Positions 39,162-48,348 are shown, counted from the stretch's first letter. The stretch: 64,000 nt of DNA from an uncultured Gammaproteobacteria bacterium (GCA_964633905.1 CAZWIT010000003.1:3193-67192), one strand, 5' to 3'. The notes: generated from the sequence alone by a model not told the origin. Made by a program: numbers and translations.

Positions 39162-39247
39162 GTGCCGAAGGGGAGATTTGAACTCCCACGACCTTTCGAT
39201 CACACGGCTCTGAACCGTGCGTGTCTACCAAATTCCACCACTTCGGC
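39160..39247 (-). tRNA. tRNA-Leu(CAG)
   Basis: GCCGAAG acceptor stem, anticodon arm CACGG-TTCAGAG-CCGTG, long variable arm, CCA. Confidence 0.95.
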
Positions 39248-39354
39248 ATATCAATAATTTAACCAGCAAAATTATACTACTATAAAACTCGCTAGTAAAG
39301 ACCGCAGACCCAATTAGCTTGCCTAAAAATATAAATAACAAAAAACCTCCTGGC

Positions 39355-39894
39355 TTAGGAAGTTTTTTGATTAAGATCAATTTCTAAATAATCAAATGGT
39401 TCTCCAAAATTATACCAATTATCCAAACGACGAATAAATGCCACTGCTGGCAACTTTTGCAAACGCTGGCTAAGGCCAGTCGAAACTCGAACATGCATAC
39501 TAATCTTATCAAAACCTTTTTGTTTAGCAATTTTTATCAGTTCATGAAAAACTAAGTTGGCCAAACCTAAGCCCCGATGCCCAATTTTAATAGCTATTGA
39601 ATCTATATATAGAGCCTTATCGTCTAAAACAAAATCCTTATCGTACTTTATTAAATCTGGGTACTCATCATTATGTGGCACAGACGCAAGGTAGCCAACA
39701 ATTTGCTCATTATTAAAAATTAATAAATGGATACCTTTTTTATTTGAAATAATTGTTTTTATTTCCTCTGGACTAGACTGCATCAGCGGCGGAAAAACTT
39801 CCCTTTCTACAGCCAATATTTGCTCTAGGCTAATTTCACTAAAATCATGCAATTGTTTAATACTGTCAATAGTATTTATCTTTTTTTTAATCAT
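39355..39894 (-). CDS. GNAT-family N-acetyltransferase
   Basis: LYIDSIAI..HRGLGLA acetyl-CoA binding motif. Confidence 0.82.
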   Translation of the reverse strand: MIKKKINTIDSIKQLHDFSEISLEQILAVEREVFPPLMQSSPEEIKTIISNKKGIHLLIFNNEQIVGYLASVPHNDEYPDLIKYDKDFVLDDKALYIDSIAIKIGHRGLGLANLVFHELIKIAKQKGFDKISMHVRVSTGLSQRLQKLPAVAFIRRLDNWYNFGEPFDYLEIDLNQKTS

Positions 39895-41543
39895 ATATTA
39901 TCGTTAAGTATCTGCAGACTACCTTGATTATAATACAAAAAATAAACTGATTTATCTTTTGATTGTTCTAATAATTTATCTTTAAACTCTAAAAAAATAC
40001 GATCGCTTACAAAGGTATCATAATTATAACCCCATAATTCAAAAACTAAATCCTCGCCATAATAAGCAGCTTGCGGACCAGTAATTAATTTTTCTTTATT
40101 AAAAGTATGCCCTAAAAATTGATTAAGCTTATCTCTTTTTTCCCAAACAAATAAATCAGCTTCTTTGTTGTTTTTATTTAAAAGTAGATGAATAGGTAAA
40201 GATTTAATTTTTAATTTATGACCTGGATAGTACAAATCGATAGCTGGAGCCACCGCATTACGCAAGATTTGTGCTCCTTCTAAATTATCCGGCAGATAAA
40301 CAAAATAAATTTCACTTTCTTTTTGTGTATCAATTTTTTGTCCAAATTCTAAAATTATATTTTTGGAAATTTGAGACGCGGCTAGCCAAGTTTTATTCTT
40401 TTGATAAAGTAAAGCAGCAGAGCCAGCTACTACTAAAACTAATAAAAATACCACCGACTTGTGATAAATTAGCTGCCATTTGGCCAAAAAGTAAGCTAAA
40501 ATTGCTATTAAAAATAATATCGGTAAATAAACGTATCTTTCCCCTTCATTATTCATTGGGTTAGGAGCTAGAGATAAATAAGGTATTAAAATTACTAAAA
40601 ATAATAAAATATAAGGCAAAATATTTTTAATTTTTTGCCGCAAAATATAAATTAAACCAGTGGCGATAATTAAACTTAGGGGCAATATTATTTTTAAATG
40701 ATTCTTAGCTAAAGAAAATAAAAATACTCTAAAATCCCCCGAGCTAAAAAAGGTAAATAATAAATAATAAAAATTTTCTAAATATATTTTAAAGTTAAAG
40801 TCCAGCTGACTACGTCCATAATAGCCAAATAAAATGCCCGTAGTCTGGTAACGCCAATATAAATAAAAGAATGATATTATAAAATAACCAAAAATTAAAT
40901 AAAAAAACTTAGTCTTACTAAACCAAGTCTTATTTTTCTTAAGTTCAATAAAAAACCAAATCAAAATAAATAATGGTAAACTAATGGCAATTTCTTTAGC
41001 GCCCAAGGCTAAGACAAAGGATAACAAAGATAAAAAATAAATAAACCATTTTTTATTTTCTCTAAATCTTAACCACAAATAAAAAGTTAACAGAAAAAAG
41101 AAAGTAGCTAGTATATGTGGAATAGCCGCAATCCAAGCAACTGCTTCGGCATTATTAAAATAAACAGTAAATAACAAGGCGCTAATAATAGCTATTTTAT
41201 TTGCAAATAATTTTTTAATAACTAAATAAAATAAAAATATATTAGCAAAATGAAAAAATAAACTAAATAAATGGTAAGGTAAAGGATTTAAGTGTCCCCA
41301 TTGATAGCTCAAATAATAAACTAAGTTAACCAAAGGTCCAAAGCTACCACCCTGATGAGAGCCTGCGTAGTTAGTAACAAAAAAATTTAGCGGATTACGA
41401 TGAACACTTACAGCCAACCACTCAAAATCATCTGATACAAAAAAAGCTTGCAAAATCGGATAATACAAGGCAAGGGTCAATAAAAAAAAGGCGCTAAAAA
41501 ATAGAACTGTTTGATAACGATAAATTAAATTCTTTAATTGCAT
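39891..41543 (-). CDS. GT-C superfamily membrane glycosyltransferase (PMT/GtrII-like)
   Basis: FVSDD after the first TM helix, EAVAWI, LGAKE, ERYVYLP, many TM helices. Confidence 0.75.
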   Translation of the reverse strand: MQLKNLIYRYQTVLFFSAFFLLTLALYYPILQAFFVSDDFEWLAVSVHRNPLNFFVTNYAGSHQGGSFGPLVNLVYYLSYQWGHLNPLPYHLFSLFFHFANIFLFYLVIKKLFANKIAIISALLFTVYFNNAEAVAWIAAIPHILATFFFLLTFYLWLRFRENKKWFIYFLSLLSFVLALGAKEIAISLPLFILIWFFIELKKNKTWFSKTKFFYLIFGYFIISFFYLYWRYQTTGILFGYYGRSQLDFNFKIYLENFYYLLFTFFSSGDFRVFLFSLAKNHLKIILPLSLIIATGLIYILRQKIKNILPYILLFLVILIPYLSLAPNPMNNEGERYVYLPILFLIAILAYFLAKWQLIYHKSVVFLLVLVVAGSAALLYQKNKTWLAASQISKNIILEFGQKIDTQKESEIYFVYLPDNLEGAQILRNAVAPAIDLYYPGHKLKIKSLPIHLLLNKNNKEADLFVWEKRDKLNQFLGHTFNKEKLITGPQAAYYGEDLVFELWGYNYDTFVSDRIFLEFKDKLLEQSKDKSVYFLYYNQGSLQILNDNI

Positions 41544-41555
41544 CTATATAAAATA

Positions 41556-41593
41556 ATTTGGTGGACCGTACCCCGTCTTTGGCGGGGCGACCT
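41556..41593 (-). repeat. Partial duplicate of the tRNA-Ala 3' end with a palindrome replacing the T-arm
   Basis: ATTTGGTGGACCGT at 41556-41569 repeats 41611-41624, then CCCCGTC-TTT-GGCGGGG, then CGACCT as in the tRNA. Confidence 0.7.
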
Positions 41594-41613
41594 GTTCTAT
41601 TTTTTATTTCATT

Positions 41614-41690
41614 TGGTGGACCGTGGGAGAGTCGAACTCCCGACCTCTGCAATGCGAATGCAGCGCTCTAGCCAACTGAGCTAACGGCCC
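41614..41690 (-). tRNA. tRNA-Ala(CGC)
   Basis: GGGCCGT acceptor with G3:U70, anticodon arm CTGCA-TTCGCAT-TGCAG, CCA. Confidence 0.95.
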
Positions 41691-41695
41691 TAAAA

Positions 41696-41772
41696 TGGTC
41701 GGGGTGAGAGGACTTGAACCTCCGACCTCGTCGTCCCGAACGACGCGCGCTAGCCAACTGCGCCACACCCCG
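41696..41772 (-). tRNA. tRNA-Pro(CGG)
   Basis: CGGGGTG acceptor, anticodon arm CGTCG-TTCGGGA-CGACG, CCA. Confidence 0.95.
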
Positions 41773-41921
41773 CCTAAAACTATCTAATTCTAGCAAAAAT
41801 AATAGTTTAACTCAATAAAAAAACCACCCTTTTAGTGATTCACTATAATATAATAAACAAACAATTTTGTAAATAAATATCTTAGTCGATAGCACAAAGA
41901 ATTGTGCTACCTAAAAAACAT

Positions 41922-42128
41922 TTATTTCTTAGCTAATTTGCCAAGACTGGCCAAAACATAAATAGCAGATAAGCCAACTAAACCGTAGACAATACGAGCT
42001 AGTAATGACATTTCTCCTAAAAGAGTAGCCACTAAATCAAAATTAAAAGCCGCTACTAGGCCCCAATTTAATCCGCCGACAATAAGCAGGATAAAAAATA
42101 GCCAGTCTAAACCACTTAAATTTTTCAT
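41922..42128 (-). CDS. DUF378 family small membrane protein
   Basis: LIVGGLNWGL...FDLV...RIVYGLVGLSA. Confidence 0.88.
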   Translation of the reverse strand: MKNLSGLDWLFFILLIVGGLNWGLVAAFNFDLVATLLGEMSLLARIVYGLVGLSAIYVLASLGKLAKK

Positions 42129-42208
42129 AGTTTTTTTCTTTATGTTAATTAATAAAGAGCTTTAATATTTATATTATAACACAAAATAGCTCTAATGAAA
42201 ATTAAGCT

Positions 42209-42664
42209 TTATTTTACAAATAAACCAATAACTTTATCCCAAACGCTTTTTACCATTAAAATTGCTCCCAATACCATCAAGATTGAGCCAACAGCCAAAC
42301 GCAAATCAATTTTTTCACTTAAAAAAATGCCTGCCAAAATAACAACAAAAACTAAACTTAAACGATCCAAGGCTTGCACTTGACCAGCGTCAGCCTTAGA
42401 TAAGGCATAAAAATAAAACAGCCATGATATCACGCCAGCTAAAGCTCCTAATACAATAAATAACAAAGCATTACCATTAATAGTGTTTAATTTAGCAAAC
42501 TTGCCTGTTAAAGCCGAAAAAACTATCAGGAATAAAGACATGACTATAACTCTAACTGTAGTAGCTAAATTAGAATCAATGTTAGCTAAACCCTTTTTAC
42601 TAAAAATAGTAACTAAAGCGGCAAAAAAGGCTGATAAAATACCAAAGATGATCCAAGTAGGCAT
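42209..42664 (-). CDS. EamA-family (DMT) transporter
   Basis: SAFFAALVTIFSKKGL..IDSNLATTVR, SWLFYFYAL, LDRLSLV. Confidence 0.87.
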   Translation of the reverse strand: MPTWIIFGILSAFFAALVTIFSKKGLANIDSNLATTVRVIVMSLFLIVFSALTGKFAKLNTINGNALLFIVLGALAGVISWLFYFYALSKADAGQVQALDRLSLVFVVILAGIFLSEKIDLRLAVGSILMVLGAILMVKSVWDKVIGLFVK

Positions 42665-42683
42665 AAATTTATAATAAGTTTTA

Positions 42684-44210
42684 TTAAAAAATATTTTTTA
42701 AGACTCTAGCTGTCAAATACTCCACGGGCGCATGATTGTCAGTAAAAACCATGGCCTTAGAAAAATCAAATTTATTTAAGTCAATTTCTTTAGTAAGTAG
42801 CGGCAAAATAATATCTTTATCTTCTTTACTAAGATCTAAATTTTGCCAATCAATTTTTTTATCACTATTATATCCCAAAAAAACTATATTTTGTGTACCG
42901 GTATTTTCTGGAGATTCAGCTGCAAAAAAATAACTATTAGGAAAAACTGACTGGAAAGTTTTTATTTCTGACAAAATAAATTTCGATTCCTCGCCTGCTA
43001 AATCACCGATTAAATTAGCCATAAAAATACCATCGCTACTCATCTTATTTTTTGCAATTTCAAAAAACTCCTTAGTGGTAAAATGAGCCGGCACTGATAA
43101 ACCATTATAAACATCACTAAATATAAAATCATATTCTTTATCAGCATCATATAAAAACCTACGACCATCATCAGTAAAATTATGTAATCGATCAGATTTA
43201 ACTAGGCCAAAATATTTTTGAGCCAGTTCAAATAAAGACGCCTCTACTTCTGAAACATCCACTTCTGCCTTAGGTAAATCGCGCAACATTATTTTTGGTA
43301 TCGAATAAGCCCCGCCGCCTATCACTAAAGTATTTATAATATCTGTTTTTAAAAATTTATGCAAAAGATAATATTTTGAATAATCAAAAACCAAATCATC
43401 AGAGTCTAAAAAAGTAGCACTAGAACTTGCTCTATCCTGCATCAAAACCCTAACTTTCTTTCCCTGGTATTCCCTATCAAAAACGGAATATTTGGCATAT
43501 AAGCCATCATAACTATAAATAATATTATTATTCTCTACGCCTACTAACATTATAACTGAGGCAATCAACAAAAGATTCAAAATAAATATTTTAAAAAGCG
43601 TTTTTTTGGCTAAGCCTAATTTAATGAGCGGTAATAAACCTAATAATATCAATGCTATAGCTACTCCTAATATTATTTGATTAATACCAAAATGAGGAAT
43701 TAAGAAAAAACCAGTAAATAAACTACCAAAGATACTACCTAAGGTAGACCAAAAAAATATTTCTCCGCTAATGCTACCTATGCCCTTGTCCGGAAAATAT
43801 TTTTCCTGCAGCTTGATAGTAAAGGGCGACAAAGTACCTAATATCAGGCTAGGTATAAAAAATAAAATTACTGAAAAAATCAAAGGACCCGAGATCATTG
43901 GTAGTTTGTAGCCGATGTAGGGTAAGAGAAATAATGTTAATAAGTGCAAAACAATCACGCTAAAACCACTAAGCAAAATAATCGAATAAAAAAACTTTTC
44001 TGTCGGATATTTATCGGCTAATTTTCCACCAAAAAAATAACCTAAACTCAAAGCCGCTAAAACTACTCCAATCACACTAGACACTGTATAAATCGTACTG
44101 CCATAATATGGAGACAAGATACGAGTCGCAACCACTTCAATAACCAAGACGCAAGCTCCAGTTAAAAATACTACAAAAGGCAAAACGTATTTTTTTAAAT
44201 TAATCATCAA
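42684..44210 (-). CDS. Fused MFS-like membrane domain / spermidine synthase-like methyltransferase
   Basis: EVVATRILSPYYGST TM domain; LVIGGGAYS, DGRRFL, YDFIFSDVY, FTDNHAPVE. Confidence 0.87.
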   Translation of the reverse strand: MMINLKKYVLPFVVFLTGACVLVIEVVATRILSPYYGSTIYTVSSVIGVVLAALSLGYFFGGKLADKYPTEKFFYSIILLSGFSVIVLHLLTLFLLPYIGYKLPMISGPLIFSVILFFIPSLILGTLSPFTIKLQEKYFPDKGIGSISGEIFFWSTLGSIFGSLFTGFFLIPHFGINQIILGVAIALILLGLLPLIKLGLAKKTLFKIFILNLLLIASVIMLVGVENNNIIYSYDGLYAKYSVFDREYQGKKVRVLMQDRASSSATFLDSDDLVFDYSKYYLLHKFLKTDIINTLVIGGGAYSIPKIMLRDLPKAEVDVSEVEASLFELAQKYFGLVKSDRLHNFTDDGRRFLYDADKEYDFIFSDVYNGLSVPAHFTTKEFFEIAKNKMSSDGIFMANLIGDLAGEESKFILSEIKTFQSVFPNSYFFAAESPENTGTQNIVFLGYNSDKKIDWQNLDLSKEDKDIILPLLTKEIDLNKFDFSKAMVFTDNHAPVEYLTARVLKNIF

Positions 44211-44235
44211 CTATTTTATTTAATATTAATAAATC

Positions 44236-44311
44236 TGGAGCAGGTAACGGGACTCGAACCCGTGACCTCTTCCTTGGGAAGGAAGCATTCTACCAACTAA
44301 ACTATACCTGC
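44236..44311 (-). tRNA. tRNA-Gly(CCC)
   Basis: GCAGGTA acceptor, anticodon arm CTTCC-TTCCCAA-GGAAG, U73-CCA. Confidence 0.95.
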
Positions 44312-44366
44312 TGAATTAACTCCGTATATAAATAAACTTTTCTGTAATAAAAAATTAGCATAAGTA

Positions 44367-44443
44367 TGGTGGGTATAGATGGACTTGAACCATCGACCCC
44401 GACTTTATAAGAGTCGTGCTCTAACCGACTGAGCTATATACCC
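44367..44443 (-). tRNA. tRNA-Ile(TAT)
   Basis: GGGTATA acceptor, anticodon arm CGACT-CTTATAA-AGTCG, A73-CCA. Confidence 0.93.
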
Positions 44444-44495
44444 TCGATAATTACTATGCTAATTATAATTAAACTATGATGTTTTGTGAAGATGT

Positions 44496-45605
44496 TTAAA
44501 ACGTGTGCAATAATTTCAATTTTTCCTGCAAACCATTTATTACTAATTGACGAGTATTGTCTAGATCTTTTTCTACTATAAAACGGACAAAACGTCGATT
44601 ACCAGTAGCTACCAAATCTTTACTTAAATCCAAAGCATTAACATTACTAGCTGTATACAACCAAACTTCAGTTTTACTAAAATCTAATTGATAAAAAATT
44701 GTAGCTACCAAAACATTCGGCGTAGACAAAATCAAATCTCTGACTAACTCTTGCAAATCCATAGGCAAAGCCTCAACTTCATTGTGCTGCAAATAAGAAC
44801 TAATAATAGCATCTTGTTTTTGCAAACGTGATAATACTTTGCCCCAATTTTTTAAAGTTTTTATATCTTTAGTCCGATATAAAGCTTCTATTATCTGCTG
44901 ACGCTCCGCCCCTTTAATAAGCAATAAACTGGCTAACTCTAATACTTGCGGCGTCACTTGCATTGATTGAAAACTATTGGTAGCTGCTATCATGCCTCCT
45001 AAAATACAAGTAGCTAAATCCTTAGTAAGATGTTTTTGTAAAGCATAATAACTAATTTCAGCAATGGAAGTAGCTTTTGGATCTATAATATTAAGTTGTC
45101 CAAAATTTTCATTTAATATCTGCCGATCAATATTTATTATAGGCACCTGCTCAAAAAAATGACGATTATCTTGATAGACAGAGCCTAATGATTCTAAATC
45201 AACTGCCCCTAAAGCTAAAATTAAATTATATTTATAGTCGCCTATTTCTGCTTTTAAATCATTGCTACTAAATACTCCCCCCTCGGGCACAATATCAATG
45301 ATTAACTCGCTGTCATTAATATCATAACTCAATTGTTTAACTTTAGTTTTAGTTACATCTAATTTAATCTTAAATTTATTAAGATCACTAATTGTGTCTG
45401 TAAGTGTGAAAGTGCTTGGTAAAAATTTCAAATCTGATTTACCACCAATCAAAACTACATCCGCTTGCTTTTTTTGATTTATCAAAAAAGTCTGCCAAGC
45501 TGCTGCACTACAGGTTACATCAATATTAGGGTCAGTGGGGCCAACAATCAAGATGTGCTGACCATTATTTAATAATCCACTTAATTCTTTGAGTGGTAAT
45601 TCCAT
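44496..45605 (-). CDS. Degenerate DHH-family (NrnA-like) protein
   Basis: DPNID, NIDRQ in place of DHH, NENFGQLNII, ATNSFQ, LKNWGKVLSRL; no GGGH motif. Confidence 0.72.
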   Translation of the reverse strand: MELPLKELSGLLNNGQHILIVGPTDPNIDVTCSAAAWQTFLINQKKQADVVLIGGKSDLKFLPSTFTLTDTISDLNKFKIKLDVTKTKVKQLSYDINDSELIIDIVPEGGVFSSNDLKAEIGDYKYNLILALGAVDLESLGSVYQDNRHFFEQVPIINIDRQILNENFGQLNIIDPKATSIAEISYYALQKHLTKDLATCILGGMIAATNSFQSMQVTPQVLELASLLLIKGAERQQIIEALYRTKDIKTLKNWGKVLSRLQKQDAIISSYLQHNEVEALPMDLQELVRDLILSTPNVLVATIFYQLDFSKTEVWLYTASNVNALDLSKDLVATGNRRFVRFIVEKDLDNTRQLVINGLQEKLKLLHTF

Positions 45606-45708
45606 AAATTATTGCCAAAATGACATTTAAATTTATAATAAAACATTAGCTTTGTCAAGAATTTTAAGATCTATAAACAAACACAAAGAGCCTGCTAGAT
45701 TAGCATTG

Positions 45709-45840
45709 ACCCTGTTAAATCCCATACTAGATTTATTAAGAAATAAATAAATTAAAATAAACACAAATATTACTTTTAAAATAAAGGAAAGTCTTTCTTA
45801 TGGGAAGCTAAACGCCAAGCGTTTAGCTATTTAACAGGGT
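45709..45840. mobile_element. MITE/REP-like inverted-repeat element, copy 3 (132 bp)
   Basis: ACCCTGTTAAAT 45709-45720 / ATTTAACAGGGT 45829-45840. CCCATA..TATGGG stem and AGCTAAACGC-CAA-GCGTTTAGCT hairpin. TTGA on both sides of the CCCT..AGGG core. Confidence 0.72.
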
Positions 45841-45868
45841 TGACTTTTTTGCCTAAATTTAGTAGAGT
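45840..45868 (+). promoter_or_regulatory. Sigma70-type promoter of infB-rbfA
   Basis: TTGACT-17 bp-TAGAGT; the -35 box overlaps the end of element copy 3. Confidence 0.6.
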
Positions 45869-45947
45869 TAGAGCAAATTTAAAGCTAATTAGGCAGAAAT
45901 CAAGCTTTAATTAAGCTCAAAAAGCTAATTCTTAACCTAAACAAATA

Positions 45948-47921
45948 ATGAATACTTCAGTACTAGCTCGACAACTTAAAGTAACTACAGCTGAACTCTT
46001 GGAAAAATTACCAAGTTTAGGTTTTGATATTGGTGCCAAGGCTATTAAAATTGATGATCGCTTGGCTCCAAAAATTATCGACGCTTGGAAAAGAGCTGAA
46101 AAAAAAGAAGCTTTTAAAAAAGAGCTTTCTAAAGTAACTGAAATTAGGGATAAAGGAAAAAATGATACCAGCGCTATTCAAAAAGAAGTAGCTATTGCCG
46201 ATACTATCATTGTCAAAGATATGGCTCAAGCTATGAATTTACCAGTCGCTAGATTAATGGCCGAATTAATGAAAAATGGCGTCATGGTATCTTTAAATGA
46301 AAAGATAGATTTTGACACTGCTACTATTATCGCTGAAGATTTAGGCTTTAAAGTAACTAGAAAAAACACTAATGAAAACGAGCAAGAAATCAGCTCTAAA
46401 GAAAAATTAAGCGAATTACTATCACACCGACAATCGGCAGATGCCAAACCTCCAGTGGTAGTTGTCATGGGACACGTTGATCATGGAAAAACTAAATTAC
46501 TTGATGCCATTAGACAAACTAACGTTGTTGCCTCTGAAGCTGGTGGCATTACCCAGCATATTGGCGCTTATCAAGTAACAACTCACAATAGGCTTATTAC
46601 TTTTTTAGATACTCCTGGGCACGAAGCTTTTAAAGCTATGCGTTCTCGTGGTGGCCAAATAGCTGATATTGCTATTTTAGTTATTGCTGCTGATGATGGT
46701 CTGCAACCACAAACCTTGGAAAGCTTAAGCGTTATCCAAAAAGAAAAATTACCATTTATTATTGCTATTAACAAAATAGATAAAGCTGGCGCTAATTTAG
46801 ACCGCGTTAAACAAGAATTAAGCGAGCTAAACCTAACACCTGAAGACTGGGGCGGTAGCACTATTTGTCAGCCTATTTCCGCTCTTAAAAAAGAGGGTAT
46901 TAATGAATTATTAGACTTGATTCTACTAGTAGCTGATATGGAAAATCTCAAGTCTGGTAGTGATGGCGCTGCTATTGGTACCATTATTGAATCAAATATC
47001 AATAAAAATGAAGGTCCAGTAGCCACTATCTTGGTTCAGGCTGGCACCCTAAGAATTGGCGACATATTTATAGTTGGCAACATTCCTGGCAAAATCAAAA
47101 CCCTAAAAGATTGGACCGGTAAAAACGTAACGTCTGCCACGCCCGCTATGCCTGTTAAAATTTTGGGGCTCAAACAATTGCCTCAGGTTGGAGAAATTTT
47201 AGAAGTAGTTAATGATAAAAAACTTTATCGTGAAAAAATAAAAAATTTATCTAGCTCCCAACTCCATCGTCCTGCTGGTCTTACTAAAATTAATAGCAAC
47301 GAAGACAATGATACTGATGTTAATTCTTTAAATATTATTATTAAATCTGACGTTTTGGGCTCAGCTGAAGCTATCGAAGAATCTCTAAATAAAATCGATA
47401 TACCTGGCGCTCGTGTCAAAATCTTAAAAAAAGGATTAGGCCTAATTAATGAATCTGATATCTTAAATGCCAGTGCTACTAATGCCTTAGTAATTGGTTT
47501 TCATATTAAAGAAAATAAAAATATTCAAAGTCTAGCTATTGAAAAAAAAGTTACCGTCCTCTACTTTGATATTATTTATAAATTACTCGAAGACTTAGAA
47601 AGTCGCCTTAAAACTTTGAAAATTAAAAAAACTATCCACAAAATTACCGGCAAGCTGCAAGTACTAGCTATTTTTAAAGCTGGTAAAAATAATATGATAT
47701 TTGGCGGTAAGGTTGTTGAGGGCAAAATCAATAAAAAATGTAAAATTAAAGTTTTAAAAAATGGTGAAGTAGAAGCTATTGGCGAAATTGTTAATTTACA
47801 AGCCGCTAAAGAAAATGTTAATGAAGTAGTAGCTGGCTCTGAGACTGGTATCGAATATAAAGGCGAGCCAATAATTGCCGTAGGTGACATCTTAGAATTT
47901 TTTGAAGAAAGTTATGAGTAA
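45948..47921 (+). CDS. infB: Translation initiation factor IF-2
   Basis: MGHVDHGKT, EAGGITQHIGAY, DTPGHEAF, INKID. Confidence 0.97.
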   Translation: MNTSVLARQLKVTTAELLEKLPSLGFDIGAKAIKIDDRLAPKIIDAWKRAEKKEAFKKELSKVTEIRDKGKNDTSAIQKEVAIADTIIVKDMAQAMNLPVARLMAELMKNGVMVSLNEKIDFDTATIIAEDLGFKVTRKNTNENEQEISSKEKLSELLSHRQSADAKPPVVVVMGHVDHGKTKLLDAIRQTNVVASEAGGITQHIGAYQVTTHNRLITFLDTPGHEAFKAMRSRGGQIADIAILVIAADDGLQPQTLESLSVIQKEKLPFIIAINKIDKAGANLDRVKQELSELNLTPEDWGGSTICQPISALKKEGINELLDLILLVADMENLKSGSDGAAIGTIIESNINKNEGPVATILVQAGTLRIGDIFIVGNIPGKIKTLKDWTGKNVTSATPAMPVKILGLKQLPQVGEILEVVNDKKLYREKIKNLSSSQLHRPAGLTKINSNEDNDTDVNSLNIIIKSDVLGSAEAIEESLNKIDIPGARVKILKKGLGLINESDILNASATNALVIGFHIKENKNIQSLAIEKKVTVLYFDIIYKLLEDLESRLKTLKIKKTIHKITGKLQVLAIFKAGKNNMIFGGKVVEGKINKKCKIKVLKNGEVEAIGEIVNLQAAKENVNEVVAGSETGIEYKGEPIIAVGDILEFFEESYE

Positions 47922-48237
47922 GCGCACCGAACAAGTATCTGCTCTACTACAAAAAGATATTAACGAAATTATTATCCGCGACTTTGAACCGCCCTTAGGC
48001 ACATTAGTTAGCGTTTCTTTAGTAACTGTTTCTCCTGATTTAAAAAATGCCACGGTATATGTGAGCGTTTTACCTGACAATCGCATTGGCACTGGTCTGA
48101 CTGCTATTAAGAAATTTTCTGGGCACGTCCAAAAAGCTATTAATAAAAAATTGACCCTACATAATGTACCTAAACTACACTGGGAACTAGACGAAAGAGC
48201 TATTAGATACGATGAATTTGATAAAGCTTTAGAATAA
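47914..48237 (+). CDS. rbfA: Ribosome-binding factor A
   Basis: MSKRTEQV, VSPDLKNATVYVS, VPKLHWELD; ATG at 47914 overlaps the infB end. Confidence 0.9.
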   Translation: MSKRTEQVSALLQKDINEIIIRDFEPPLGTLVSVSLVTVSPDLKNATVYVSVLPDNRIGTGLTAIKKFSGHVQKAINKKLTLHNVPKLHWELDERAIRYDEFDKALE

Positions 48238-48259
48238 TTACCATAAATAAAATAAACAA

Positions 48260-48290
48260 ATAAAAAGCTAAATATAATTTAGCTTTTTAT
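48260..48290 (+). terminator. Intrinsic terminator after rbfA
   Basis: ATAAAAAGCTAAAT-loop-ATTTAGCTTTTTAT. Confidence 0.6.
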
Positions 48291-48311
48291 AATAACTAGC
48301 ATTTAAAACAA

Positions 48312-48340
48312 TTGACTAATAAAAAAAACTAGCCTATAAT
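48312..48340 (+). promoter_or_regulatory. Sigma70 promoter of nrnA (near-leaderless)
   Basis: TTGACT-17 bp-TATAAT ending 8 bp before ATG 48349. Confidence 0.75.
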
Positions 48341-48348
48341 ACCAAGTT

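Noticed and set aside
39019-39249. 76-aa minus-strand ORF
   Set aside because: It is a translation through tRNA-Leu and the adjacent palindromic element.
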